From Spizellomyces punctatus DAOM BR117 (lineage: Eukaryota): 64,000 bases of DNA. The notes beneath the pieces were generated by a model, which saw only the letters and a list, made by a program, of their open reading frames with translations, made no database searches and had not been told where the DNA came from. Where the stretch lies: NCBI GenBank assembly GCA_000182565.2, contig KQ257469.1, one strand, 5' to 3'. This document shows, in pieces, positions 45,345 to 58,700 of the stretch. Position numbers and translations under genes: made by a program. The first letter of the stretch is position 1. The number at the start of each line of letters is the position of its first letter.

Positions 45345-48125
45345 ATGTGGCGAAATCTTAAAAGACCTCTGGCAGTCGTCGCGGCAACTGCGACAGCTGG
45401 CGGTGCAACAGCAGCAACACTATACGCGTTTGGTGGTGAAAAGGAGAGCCATGCTTTCCCAGCACCGGGCTTTTTACTTCGTCACCCGCTGCACGCGGAA
45501 GCCCAAGGTCAAACAATTACTGACAAGGACAAGCAGCCGCATTCTTTGTGGACTCCTCCTTCAAGGAAGGAAATGATCAACGCCTTAAAGGGCGTACCAA
45601 AGGACGCAGCCCCGGGAGTAAAGGGACCTGGCGGCGAATTCGATCTATTAATTGTCGGTGCGGGTGCAACTGGCAGCGGTTGTGCTGTAGATGCCGCGAC
45701 GCGAGGACTGAAAGTTGCTTTGGTGGAGCGAGATGATTTTGCTTCCGGTAAGAGAAATAAGCAGACTGCATCCTGCTGGGCAACGACCTTGTACGGTTAT
45801 ATGTGCCCTACGAACGAGTTTGTTTACATGTTTGCTTCCTCACCATAGGAACCAGTTCAAGAAGTACAAAACTGGTTCACGGAGGTGTACGATATCTAGA
45901 AAAAGCATTCTGGGAATTGGATTACGAACAGTACAAGCTCGTAAAAGAAGCACTCCACGAGAGAGGCGTTTTCTTGAAGATCGCTCCCTTCCTTTCTTAC
46001 CAACTGCCCACCATGATCCCGCTCTACAAGTATGTAAAGTGAGGCTCGAGCGGTTGGGAAGCCGTTTCTTATTCTTTTCCTCTCAGGTGGTGGCACTTGC
46101 CGTATTACTGGGGTGGTTGCAAAGCTTACGACGCGCTAGCCGCTTTTAGTGGTGATGCTCTCTCCCAGAGTTACTTTCTAAGCAAGTCAAAGGCCCTCGA
46201 GGCGTTCCCTATGCTGAAAAAGGAGGATCTTGTGGCCGCCCTTGTGTACTATGATGGTACGTTATTTAGTTTTTTGAACGCTTGCAGGAACCGCCTAACC
46301 GGAATGGCATACAGGTGCACACAACGATGCACGCATGAACGTGGCGTTGGCTTTGACAGCGGTGGCTCACGGCGCAGTCGTAGCTAACCATACCGAGGTT
46401 GTAAAGATCTTGAAGAAGAAGAGGACAACGCTCTTGGGCAAATTCAACCTTGGGGAAGAAGAGATTTGTGGTGCCATCGTGCGAGACAACTTAACTGGTG
46501 AAGAATGGGAGGTCAAAGCCAAGGGAGTCATCAATGCTACTGGACCCTTCACTGATGGCCTGCGCAAGTTGGACGCTGGAATATCGACTGCAGAAATTGT
46601 GGCGCCTAGTGCCGGTGTGCATATTGTGCTGCCTAATTACTACAGCCCACGTAACATGGGTCTGATCGACCCGGCGACAAGCGACGGTCGTGTTATCTTC
46701 TTCTTGCCTTGGCAAGGAAGTACCATCGCCGGTACCACCGGTAAGGCAAATGTCTGCCTTGCTCGTTTTGTCGCATTTTAATAACAGATAATTGTTCCCA
46801 GACTCACCTACCGAAGTGACTCAGAATCCAATTCCAACCGAAAAGGAAATCAACTGGATTCTTAGTGAAATCCAGAACTATCTGAGCCCAGAAATCAAAG
46901 TTCGGCGCGGTGATGTGCTTGCCGCATGGTCCGGAATTCGTCCTCTTGTGCGCGACCCTCATGCCAAGAACACCGCGGCCCTAGTCCGTAACCATATGAT
47001 TAATGTGAGCCCTAGCGGCTTGCTCACTATCGCCGGTGGTAAATGGACTACCTACCGTGAAATGGCACAGGAAACTATTGATAAAGCTATCCAAGTGTTC
47101 GGTGCGTATCACAGTGGACTCGCGCTACGAGGGAAGGCGTTTTAATCAACAGATCTACTCTAGACCTCAAGCCAACTGGCCCTTGTGTGACTGAACATGT
47201 ACTCCTCGTCGGCTCCCACAACTGGTCAAAGAATATGTTCATCAAGCTTGTACAACACTTTGGTTTGGACACAGAAGTTGCCCAGCACCTTGTTGGCGCA
47301 TATGGTGATAGAGCATGGGCAGTAGCCTCGCTGGCGTCTTTGAGTGGCAACAGATGGCCTCTTGTGGGTAAGCCATTGGCTGTCGGTTACCCCTATATCG
47401 AGGCGGAGGTTCGGTATGCTGTGCAGAGAGAATATGCGTGCACTGCGGTGGTAAGCAAGCTACTCTGACGCCCGTCACTTCTGCATTAGGAGTCTTACCG
47501 AAAAATACTCTTTATAGGATGTCATTGCACGTCGTACCCGACTGGCGTTCCTGAACGCGCAAGCAGCCCTTGAGGCACTACCACGGGTGATTGATATCAT
47601 GGCTGCTGAACTGAACTGGAACGAGGCCCGCAAGAAACAGGAATACGAGCAAGGCAAAGATTTCCTCAAGTATATGGGCCTGCGTGAACCTGGTGCAGTC
47701 TCATTCCCCATGCCGGATGATGGCGACATCACGTTCTACGAGCGGACACATTTCCGCCCTGACGAACTAGCGCGATACCAAGCAGAGTTCAACAAGCTTG
47801 ACTATGACAAGGATGGTCACATCAGCGAGAAGGATTTGAGTCGCGTGTTGAAACAGCTTGGTGTGAAAATGACTGCCGCGGAGATGGAGGGTGTGATTGC
47901 TGAGGTGGACTTGAACAAGAATGGCTCAGTGGAGTTCAACGAATTTTTGGAGGTAGGCATTGTTCTATCCCGTGTTTTTGCCATGCCAGCATCTGATGTA
48001 TTTCTCCACTCTAGGTTCTGGCCGCCGTAAAGGACTTCCGTGCCCGCTCCAAATTCGCAGAGATTGTGTCAGACTACGAAAAGCGCGAACAGCTCAGCAC
48101 TGAACGCAGCGGCGGAGGCGTATAA
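45345..48125 (+). CDS. GUT2: Mitochondrial FAD-dependent glycerol-3-phosphate dehydrogenase with C-terminal EF-hand pair
   Basis: Motifs FDLLIVGAGATGSG, GTSSRSTKLVHGGVRYL, VINATGPFTD, SDGRVIFFLPW, AWSGIRPL, IAGGKWTTYR. EF loops DYDKDGHISEKD and DLNKNGSVEFNE. Ends TERSGGGV*. Confidence 0.95.
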
Positions 48126-48446
48126 TCTGAATGTCGGGACTGGGGAGTATCTACGGACTGGGGTACTTGGGCAACCTTTAATTTTATCTATTACTTTATT
48201 TAAGGCGGAATTCAGACCGGTTCTAATTTAGTGAGAGTTTGGAGGCGATTTGATTTCTGACCTCGTTTAATGCGTATTCTGTCAGAGGCGTTACTTTGGT
48301 TGTTGTTGTCGAGCTCAAAAATAGGTAGAAAGTAGAACGTTGCAGCGATAGTTTACTACTTGCTTTTTTTTCAATCAACTACCGTTTTACTTTACTGTCC
48401 CCTGCAACCCTTTCGACTGTACAGAACCCTTCACTTTGGAACCATA

Positions 48447-48713
48447 TCATATAATTCGCTCCCTAACATCCAATCTTCTTCTTCGCTCCCGCTCCACTGC
48501 AGGTCCAACATATCCCCTTTTGCCTCGCGAGTTTGCGCAGTCCTGCTGGGCAAACACAGAGGTCAGGTTGGTTGGTTGTTCTACGGAATTTGGGGTTTCG
48601 CGTTGGTGTTGTTCTTGCTGATGTCGTGCTGCGCGGTTGTTGTGAATAAGCTGCAGGAGCTCATCATAGTCTTGTTTGTCGAGTGTTAGCCGAGTGGGCG
48701 TTCGGGAGAGCAT
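48447..48713 (-). CDS. CDC26: APC/C subunit Cdc26/Hcn1 (APC12)-like small protein
   Basis: N-terminus MLSRTPTRLTLDKQDYDEL matches the Cdc26 signature MLRRxPTxLxLxxDDxxE; the rest is short and hydrophilic. Confidence 0.65.
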   Translation of the reverse strand: MLSRTPTRLTLDKQDYDELLQLIHNNRAARHQQEQHQRETPNSVEQPTNLTSVFAQQDCANSRGKRGYVGPAVERERRRRLDVRERII

Positions 48714-48947
48714 CGTTGAGGGGTGGAATTTGTCAAAAGAATGAGGTTTTGCCACCTGCCTGTAAATCCCACAGCTAAGCACTCGCGTAGAGGGGGTGGT
48801 CAGCCATCCGAGATAGCTCTGCCGGCATCAAGCAATTATACCATCTCTCATCGCCCGCCTTTTCTCGCGCGTTTACCTCAACGTCGCTTCCATATCCTGT
48901 TGAGTTCGTTAGACTAGTGACAGTTTACAGCCTTCATCCTATTCGGA

Positions 48948-51172
<2,225 letters not shown>

Positions 51173-51369
51173 AGGTTTAGTGACACGCGGTAGAAGCTTT
51201 CTTTATGTCCTTGAATAACATGTCGCGTGTTCTTATGCTATTCACCCACGGCCGTCCACTGCAAGCTCTTTACACAATGCATGTTTCTCAATGTTTTGCT
51301 GGAGATATTATAGTTACACGTGTTTGCCGTTAAATAATTGGTGACTATGTGCAAAGGTGATGATCTATC

Positions 51370-52982
51370 CTAATGGTTTGTATCCTGAAAGAAATTTTGC
51401 TGGACGATATGCCGTATACATTGCAGGATAATATTCTTCTCTTTTCTGATATCCGCCTCCAGAAGCTGTAGAAAGACAGAGAAACCGATAATGAGGAACT
51501 AAAACGCTGATGCACTTGGCAAATCGAAAAATAAAAAACGCACCATTTTCAGTAAGGGGCGTCTCTTTTGCTGCACAATTGGCGCGGTCGAACGTGGTTT
51601 TTTGGGTTTTGCTTCAGGCTTTTCATGTCGAAAGGTGCATTCATCCCCTTTCAAACATTTCCCGCGAACAAAGTATTTACAGAGCCGTATGGGTCGCTTG
51701 GCTTGTTTCCGTGGTTCAGCGTCATTTTCTCTTTGTCCTTCAGCTTCAGATGTGGAAGAGGACGAAATAGCGTCGTCGTCCGAAGCGTAGGCGGATATCA
51801 TACCGAGAACATTTTCCTCCTGTGGCGTGAAGAATGTTGAGCGCAAGTACGAAATACGAGGCATTATAAACATGAATATGCACCTTGGGTGGCTTCGTGC
51901 TGGATGACGTGTGTGTGCCTTCATGTCCACGTCCACGCCCTCGCCCTCTTGGACCCCCCTTCTCACCTCGAATCACCTCTCCGCGTGCTATTCGTTCTTC
52001 TTCTTCTTGTTGCTGTGTAAAAAAAAAAAAAATTAGGGGCGAGTCTAGCGTCAGACGAACGAACAAAGGCCCAACCTTCTTGCGAATGTTCTCATCCGTC
52101 GGGTATCGCTTCTTCCTCTCTGCAATCCATTTCTCAATGTCCTCGGGAGCTTCGAGGGAGACAAACGTTTTTCTGTACAATGTACAGTCATCAGTCCTCA
52201 TTGACACAACACGCAAATAGTGCAATAGATACATACTTGACCCCGTCAATCATAGCGTGCACTTCCTCTTCATGTAATCTGACCGTTTTTTTTGATGCTT
52301 CAAAATCACATTCAGAACATTTGACGTGAGTTTGGTTGTGGGTTATGTATTGAGAACGGGCATCGAAGGATTTTTCGCAAGTGTCGCAGCGGAACCTGCG
52401 TAAAAAATACCATATGAACACATGCTGAGGTGTAACTGGTAGTAAACTTCAGCTTTACCTTCTATCGGGAACAGCTGGTGGAGGTGCATTTTGATAGTCG
52501 TATGTTACTGTAGGCACTGTAGGGACTGTATGAACTGTAGGGACATTTGAAACTCCATTCGCGAAGGCTCCCATTATCGACTCCCAGCTGTTCATCTGCT
52601 CCATGGCATTTAGTCCCATGGGCACCGAGAACCCAAACATTTGCTGTTGCTGTTGCTGCTGTTGTTGGAGATAGAGCTGCTGTTGCTGGATAAACAACTG
52701 TTGCTGGTTGAACGGAAGGTATTGTTGGGAGAACTGCGGTGCGTACTGCTGGGAATACTGGTAAGCATGTTGTTGGGGATATTCTTGCTGATACTGTGGT
52801 GCCGTGTTTGGTTGCGCTGATACTGACGTTCTCTGATATGGTGCATATCGGTTGTCCTGAGAAGAGTGTCGAGGAGACTCTTGTTGTCGATCCCGATGTC
52901 GCGGGCCACTGCGTGCAGAGTATGTAGGTGGAGGCCCGTATCCATGTGGATGACCAGATCCCGAAGACTGCGATTGTGCCAT
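51370..52982 (-). CDS. NUFIP1: NUFIP1/Rsa1-like snoRNP assembly factor with C2H2 and CCCH zinc fingers
   Basis: Q-rich N-terminus. Zinc fingers CDTC..H..H and CSEC..H..H. NUFIP motif EDIEKWIAERKKRYPT. CCCH finger CKYFVRGKCLKGDECTFRH. C-terminal LLEADIRKEKNIILQCIRHIVQQNFF. Confidence 0.85.
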
Positions 52983-53122
52983 TGTAAAAAGGCTCTACCA
53001 AAAGAAAAACTCGACCAGAAAAGCTCAAGTCTGAGATGAGCTGGTCAGTGGCACAGCAGTGTCGGTTACGTGATCGAATTCTCTGCCTTCCAAACGTTTT
53101 GTCACCTCCCACCAACCGTCCA

Positions 53123-53458
53123 ATGACAGAGCCCCCTGCACCATCTACCAGTTCCTCCGTGGAGAGTCGTGAATCCACTATAGCTAAACTAAAAAGCGAA
53201 CTCATCCATCTCGCCAGTGCGCGAGAGAAAATAGAAAGTGACCTAAGGAGACTCTGCACCGAGGAAGGTCTCCTTTTGGTGGCCATTGATGAGGTCAAGC
53301 AGAGGATGAGAGGAAGGGATGCTGACACAGATAGTTCTTACGATGACATGGGGAATGAACAGAGTATGTGGAGCAATATGTTTGGTACCGGCGTGAATTC
53401 ACTGGACATTGGGGATCTACCGGGGATACATAGGAATGGAAGTCCTTCTCGTCAATAA
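53123..53458 (+). CDS. Small coiled-coil protein resembling SNAPC5 (SNAP19)
   Basis: IAKLKSELIHLASAREKIESDLRRLCTEEGLLLVAI aligns without gaps to the SNAPC5 N-terminal zipper as I recall it; acidic tail. Confidence 0.5.
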   Translation: MTEPPAPSTSSSVESRESTIAKLKSELIHLASAREKIESDLRRLCTEEGLLLVAIDEVKQRMRGRDADTDSSYDDMGNEQSMWSNMFGTGVNSLDIGDLPGIHRNGSPSRQ

Positions 53459-54029
53459 TGTGATTGAGAAGAAGTAGTGCTACGAGTCTTACTAGGTGCA
53501 GGCCACCAGTTTCATAGATAAAGTTGTTCCACTGCAGCAATTGAGTTAGAACCAGACTAAGGTTATATGATGGGCAATAGCACTCCTTCTGTCTGGAATT
53601 GTCTGCACGACATTTCTTTTGCTGATCAGACAGGAACTTCCCTCTGCGCCGAATCATCTTAGTTTTTGGTGAACAATATCAGTTTCCAGCTTTTTTCCAA
53701 TCCAGTACATTTCCATGACAGATAGATGGTTGTATATAAATATTGGAATGCAGTAAATTTAATCTTACATTGTAGGAATCCTTAACTCAACTGTCAATTA
53801 GGAAATCCGCCGGTAGCAGCAGGATGCGGGATGCAATGTGTCGGATATGGCTACTGAATGAATTGTTCAGCATACCGGTGTCAACAGACCCCTTGCTGCA
53901 TTGCCAGGCGGAGCTCAGCAGATATATCTGTCTTAATGCGCTGGAATGGCCGTGATACATCGTCCCAGGGAGCCGTGCGACGGTGTTGGTGAACTGTCTC
54001 TAACTCGAGCCATGCCGCTTCAGTCCAAT

Positions 54030-55120
54030 TCAAATTACTCCCTTTCTTGCTGCACTCCAAAGTTTATACAGCATTTTCCACCGGGCAAGTTTAACCTCAA
54101 ATAAGTTAAAGTTGGCCTTTTCTAGTGCTTGCAGATATGCATCACAGGGAATCGCGGCTAACAGAGCAGGCAGAGCGGACATTGGGGTGTCTTTCAAGAA
54201 GGAGCGGGCGGTAATTAAATGATCGTTTGCTGTCGTCGCCACTTCAAAGGCGACCTCTTCAAGTTCATGACTGGGTCCGTTACGGAATACATCTTCCGTG
54301 GATAGCGAGTGCTTAATGGGTTGATCATAGATTGATCAGAGGCACATTTGGATGCGCTGAACTAAACTTCATTTATACCTTTGCCATAATTTCAGATGGC
54401 AGATAAAATCGCCTTTCTTTGACATGGAAGGGCGTTCCACGGAGGATCGTTGTAATTCCGCCAGCTTTGCCTACATGGCTAGCTGCATGGTCGGCATGAT
54501 GGTCCCGGATCCCTAGAGTCTCTAGCAAAAGGTACAGCACGCTGGAAGCTGTATTCTCAGCGTAGTTCTCCAAATCCTTTATAGTTGGGTATTGAGGATC
54601 TTGAAGATTCGCTTCCTGTGATGGCAGCCATTCAGTAAACGCGTTTGAAGGAGGTAACAGCCACTGCCCATACCCTTGCAGTCAAGATGCGCTTGAACCA
54701 TGAGTGTGAAAGTGGTGCTACATCCATGGAGTGGGCGAGCAACATCGTAACGGGATGATTAGGAGGTCGTCCCTATTCACGGTTTGCTCAGCGACCTCGG
54801 AAACAGAAGGTCATGGTGTGGGCCTAGCCTACCGCGTACGTCTTTTCTATAGCGTCTCTCCACCAATCTATCCTCATCTTTCCCAAGTTTGGATTCTTCA
54901 CATTCTCCCGAATAAGTGCCGTCTCCACATTGAAAGCGCGAACCGCCCAAGCACCAGTTCGTGCAGCGGGCGGTATGAACAATGTCGCTACATAGTTCTC
55001 ATAGTCGCTGTTCCTCAAAAGTTTTTTTGCATATTCTTCTGCATTCTGATAGGTCGAGGTCGACTGCGATCTCCTACAGATGGTGACAACTTGACGGCGC
55101 GTTGAATGAAATGGCGACAT
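54030..55120 (-). CDS. NDUFAF6: Complex I assembly factor NDUFAF6 (squalene/phytoene synthase fold)
   Basis: Motifs [80 protein letters not shown]. Confidence 0.9.
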
Positions 55121-55791
55121 GTTTCAACAGTTGCCGATCTCGAGGAAATGTCGCCTGGTTGCAACAGCTTCACAAGGATTTTGTGGAACACGTGACAAAT
55201 CTCCCCGGCTGTCTGGACAACTTTGCGCTTGCTGAGATTGCAAAAGATGGCACGATTTCAAGTGCATTGAGTATCAAAGAATGCTTCAGCATCTGGGCAA
55301 GTCGACGATGGGATCCCACTGGTAGGATTGATTCGGTCACATTTTGCAGCGATCGCAATTCTTGTTGTCATGCAACTCGTAGGGTGTAGGACCCAGTTGG
55401 GTGTGGTTCGAAAGGCGCCAGTACGACACGGACGTTTGCCTGTATCATACTGGATGATGAAAAAGGAAGCGGAAACGAGCTCGATAGCCCATGAATCTTT
55501 CACTCACATCGTTGCTACAGTCGTGACTCTCAACTTTTTACACGGCGCAGTGACAATATACCAAAAAACCCGTCCCTTTTCATTTTTGACGATGCACGGA
55601 AATAAAGCAATCCGGTGTCGACGACGCCCTGACGCTGTGAATAAAAATCCAGGAAAACAGGAGCAATCCCCCGGATGGTTGGGCAAAAGTCCGTGTGTTG
55701 TCCGGACGGCACGTGATGGCCGATTACCAAATACGCGTCCCAAGGAAGATCTGGTGTCGCTGCACAACGGAATCCTCTAGCTAGATCAGCT

Positions 55792-58700
55792 ATGCAGGAG
55801 GAGAAGAGGGTCTTCCCTTTGGAAGTTGAAGGGGAAGACAATGCCGATGAAAATCTGCCATACATTAGACTGCGATATGCAGCAAATACTTTGGCCTTTG
55901 ATTTCGTATGTGACACCTCCCTTTGAAAACACATAACAAATCTCTTCATTTTTATTCATCGTAGACCTATGCAAATTGCTCGCAATTTGAGCCTTCATGG
56001 AGATATCTGTTGGCGTACTTGGAATCATACGAACCTAGCTTGCGGTCCTTCGCATTGCAGTGCATCGGCATGGCGTCAAAGTCCATATCACGGACCTTGA
56101 TATCATCAGAACTACGGCAGAAGCTTGTGTCGATTTTGATCAAAATGGTGGCTGGAGACGAGGTACTTAGAATGCTGAAATATTTTCTCGGAGTATCGTA
56201 GCTTCTTGTTGCTTTTGTTCTGTCATGTAGCTAATGTGAAAGCGTGGCCCTAACAGGTCTGGCAGAATCGATGCTTAGCTGCGCGAATTCTGGGAGAATC
56301 GGTATCTGTAATGCTATCACACGACTTTCCTGCAAAGTTACGGAAGTTTGCTTTTCAAACCGTCCTCACACAGTTATCACGGGCTTTCCCCGCCGACTTA
56401 GATAGTGCCCTAAAACAAGATCCGACCATACTGGACAATTCGCACTATGTTCCACCACACCTATTTCGATGTAGGATCCATTTCTTACATGCCGCTGCCT
56501 ATTTTTTTGAATGCCCAGAGGCCTTGACCCCGGACGTCCTCGGATATGTGGATCGACTCATATCGTGCCTCCTCGGTCCGAAGGTTCACCATTATCTGCA
56601 GGCCGCGGCAATACATGCCATACATGCTCATTTGCCTGTGACGAATCGAAATAGAATCCGGGTGGAGAAACTTTTCCGAAAGCCGATAGTTGCGCTTTCT
56701 CAGGATTTTTTAACACCGGATGGTACAGAACCGGAGACTGGACAGCCACCGAAACAAGCGTTGCACCCCATCATTACAAAGGAGCTTGCCCTCTTCTGGG
56801 CAGTGTGGTATCAGAGACCAAAGGACTCGCAACTTGTCGCCATCGTACCAAATCCTGAACAGATGAGTCGAATGTTTGAGGGATATGCATTCCGAAGATG
56901 GCAGTGGTTGGTGGCGGAGAACTTTACTATTGCACAAGATTCTCAACCACATGCGCTAGACGTAGAGGCCAAACGGAACGCCTTGCGTAAAACTATAGAC
57001 TGGCCCCAAAGCAGAGCGGTGTCAGCGATGCTCAACGTCAAACTTTTTGCACCTTTAAAAACAATCACTGTAACAGATCCAGGTGGGTGAGGCCCTCAGG
57101 TAGCATTTGAATTAGCATCACGATCTTCAGGGGCGTTCCATAAGCTAATCTCTTGGTCAAGCCAGCGACAGCCCTCAGTCGATGGATAATGTCGAAGAGC
57201 CAGATGAGACGTTTGACATACCAGATCCTACGATGCTGACGTTCAGCATGAACCCACCGATTCTCCTTTTCAATCGTTATCCGTTCCAAAAGGACATATT
57301 TCTACAAAATAAGTCAGTTTCACACGACACCGCATTCCGCTTGCAGGTTGGACCTGCGCGGTATTTTCAAGCCTGGCCGACGATTGGAATACTCCCAAAA
57401 GGGGAATCCACAGTTGTTACCGTGCGATTTACCCCTTGCCCCCATATTGTACGGAAGAATCCGGAAGTTGCGGGCTTCATTCGCATCCGTACTGCTGACG
57501 GTTTACCGATGGAAAGGTAGGAACAAAGCTGCTTTTCCACCATCAGATTACCTAGCCACTCAACACCTCAATGTCAGGATCTCGTTGCGCGCGTATAATA
57601 TGCCGGCTGTCAAGGTTTACCCGCAGATACTCGACTTTGGGATGTGCCCTAAAGGGGACCACCGTGTGATGAATTTCACCATTGCCAACCTCCTGCCAAT
57701 CGACTGTCCAATAGTCATGCTGACGACTCCTTCCGCCAGCAGCTCGATGTTTCAGATATCACCCACCCAGACGGTCTTAATGCCGAAGGAGAGGAAATTA
57801 TTCCAGATAAAATTTTGCCCCACAATGGAAGGAGTTCTCCTGGACCAGTTGCTGTTAGTAGCTTTTGGGGGGGAAGTGTACCGGATACGTTTGGACGCAG
57901 TATGCGGTGAAGCATTGCATATATTGGATACCAAGCTGGATTTCGGCCCAACAGACATCTACTATAATGCTGTCGTCAAACGAGTGACCCTCAAAAACCG
58001 CGACAAGAAGCCACTTCCTGTCAGTTTTGAAGCAAGCACAGATGAGCTGAAGTTGAATAAGGATGTTCCCATCGTACTTGCACCCTACGAAGAAAAGCGA
58101 GTTGAGGTCGAATTTTTGTCTTCGATCACCGGGTCTCGCCAAGAATCGCTAACGTTTCAGGCTCCACATACACTTCCACATCCTATCGAAATCCTGGCAT
58201 TCTCTGGGCCGGCGATTTGGGTACCGGTGATGGAAAACATTATTTTTCCTTCAACTCCAACCTTTCAAGGCGTGTGTGTGCAGATCCCTTTGGTTAACCT
58301 AACCAATGCACTGTCACAATGCCTCATCACAGTCCCCGTTAGTTCGCCCTTCAACTTGCGGCTTGTTGATCCTGAGTTTGCCAATCGGAAACCGGCGAGC
58401 GGTGGCATACTCATTGAAGCGAAATCATACGAAGGACCGGACTGCATAGGGATGTCACTTACCATTGGGGCTCGTCTGACGGCCGTGATTGAGGTGGAGT
58501 TTCTGAGCACAACATGGGGATCATTCAAAACTCCTCTGTCTATTAGTATGGTGAAGCCGAGAAAGTGGCTAGTCACAACAATGATGCTTAATGCGATTGC
58601 TGTCAATGAACTATACCTTTCTCGTGAGAAGCCAACCGATTTCCTGCGACGGTTTCTTGCAAATCCCTCTGCAGAACCCGCGACCGGTCTTCTAGTCAAA

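Noticed and set aside
52500-52790. CAG/CAA-rich runs and 9-bp TVP repeats
   Set aside because: Low-complexity poly-Gln and TVPTV coding sequence of the NUFIP1-like gene.
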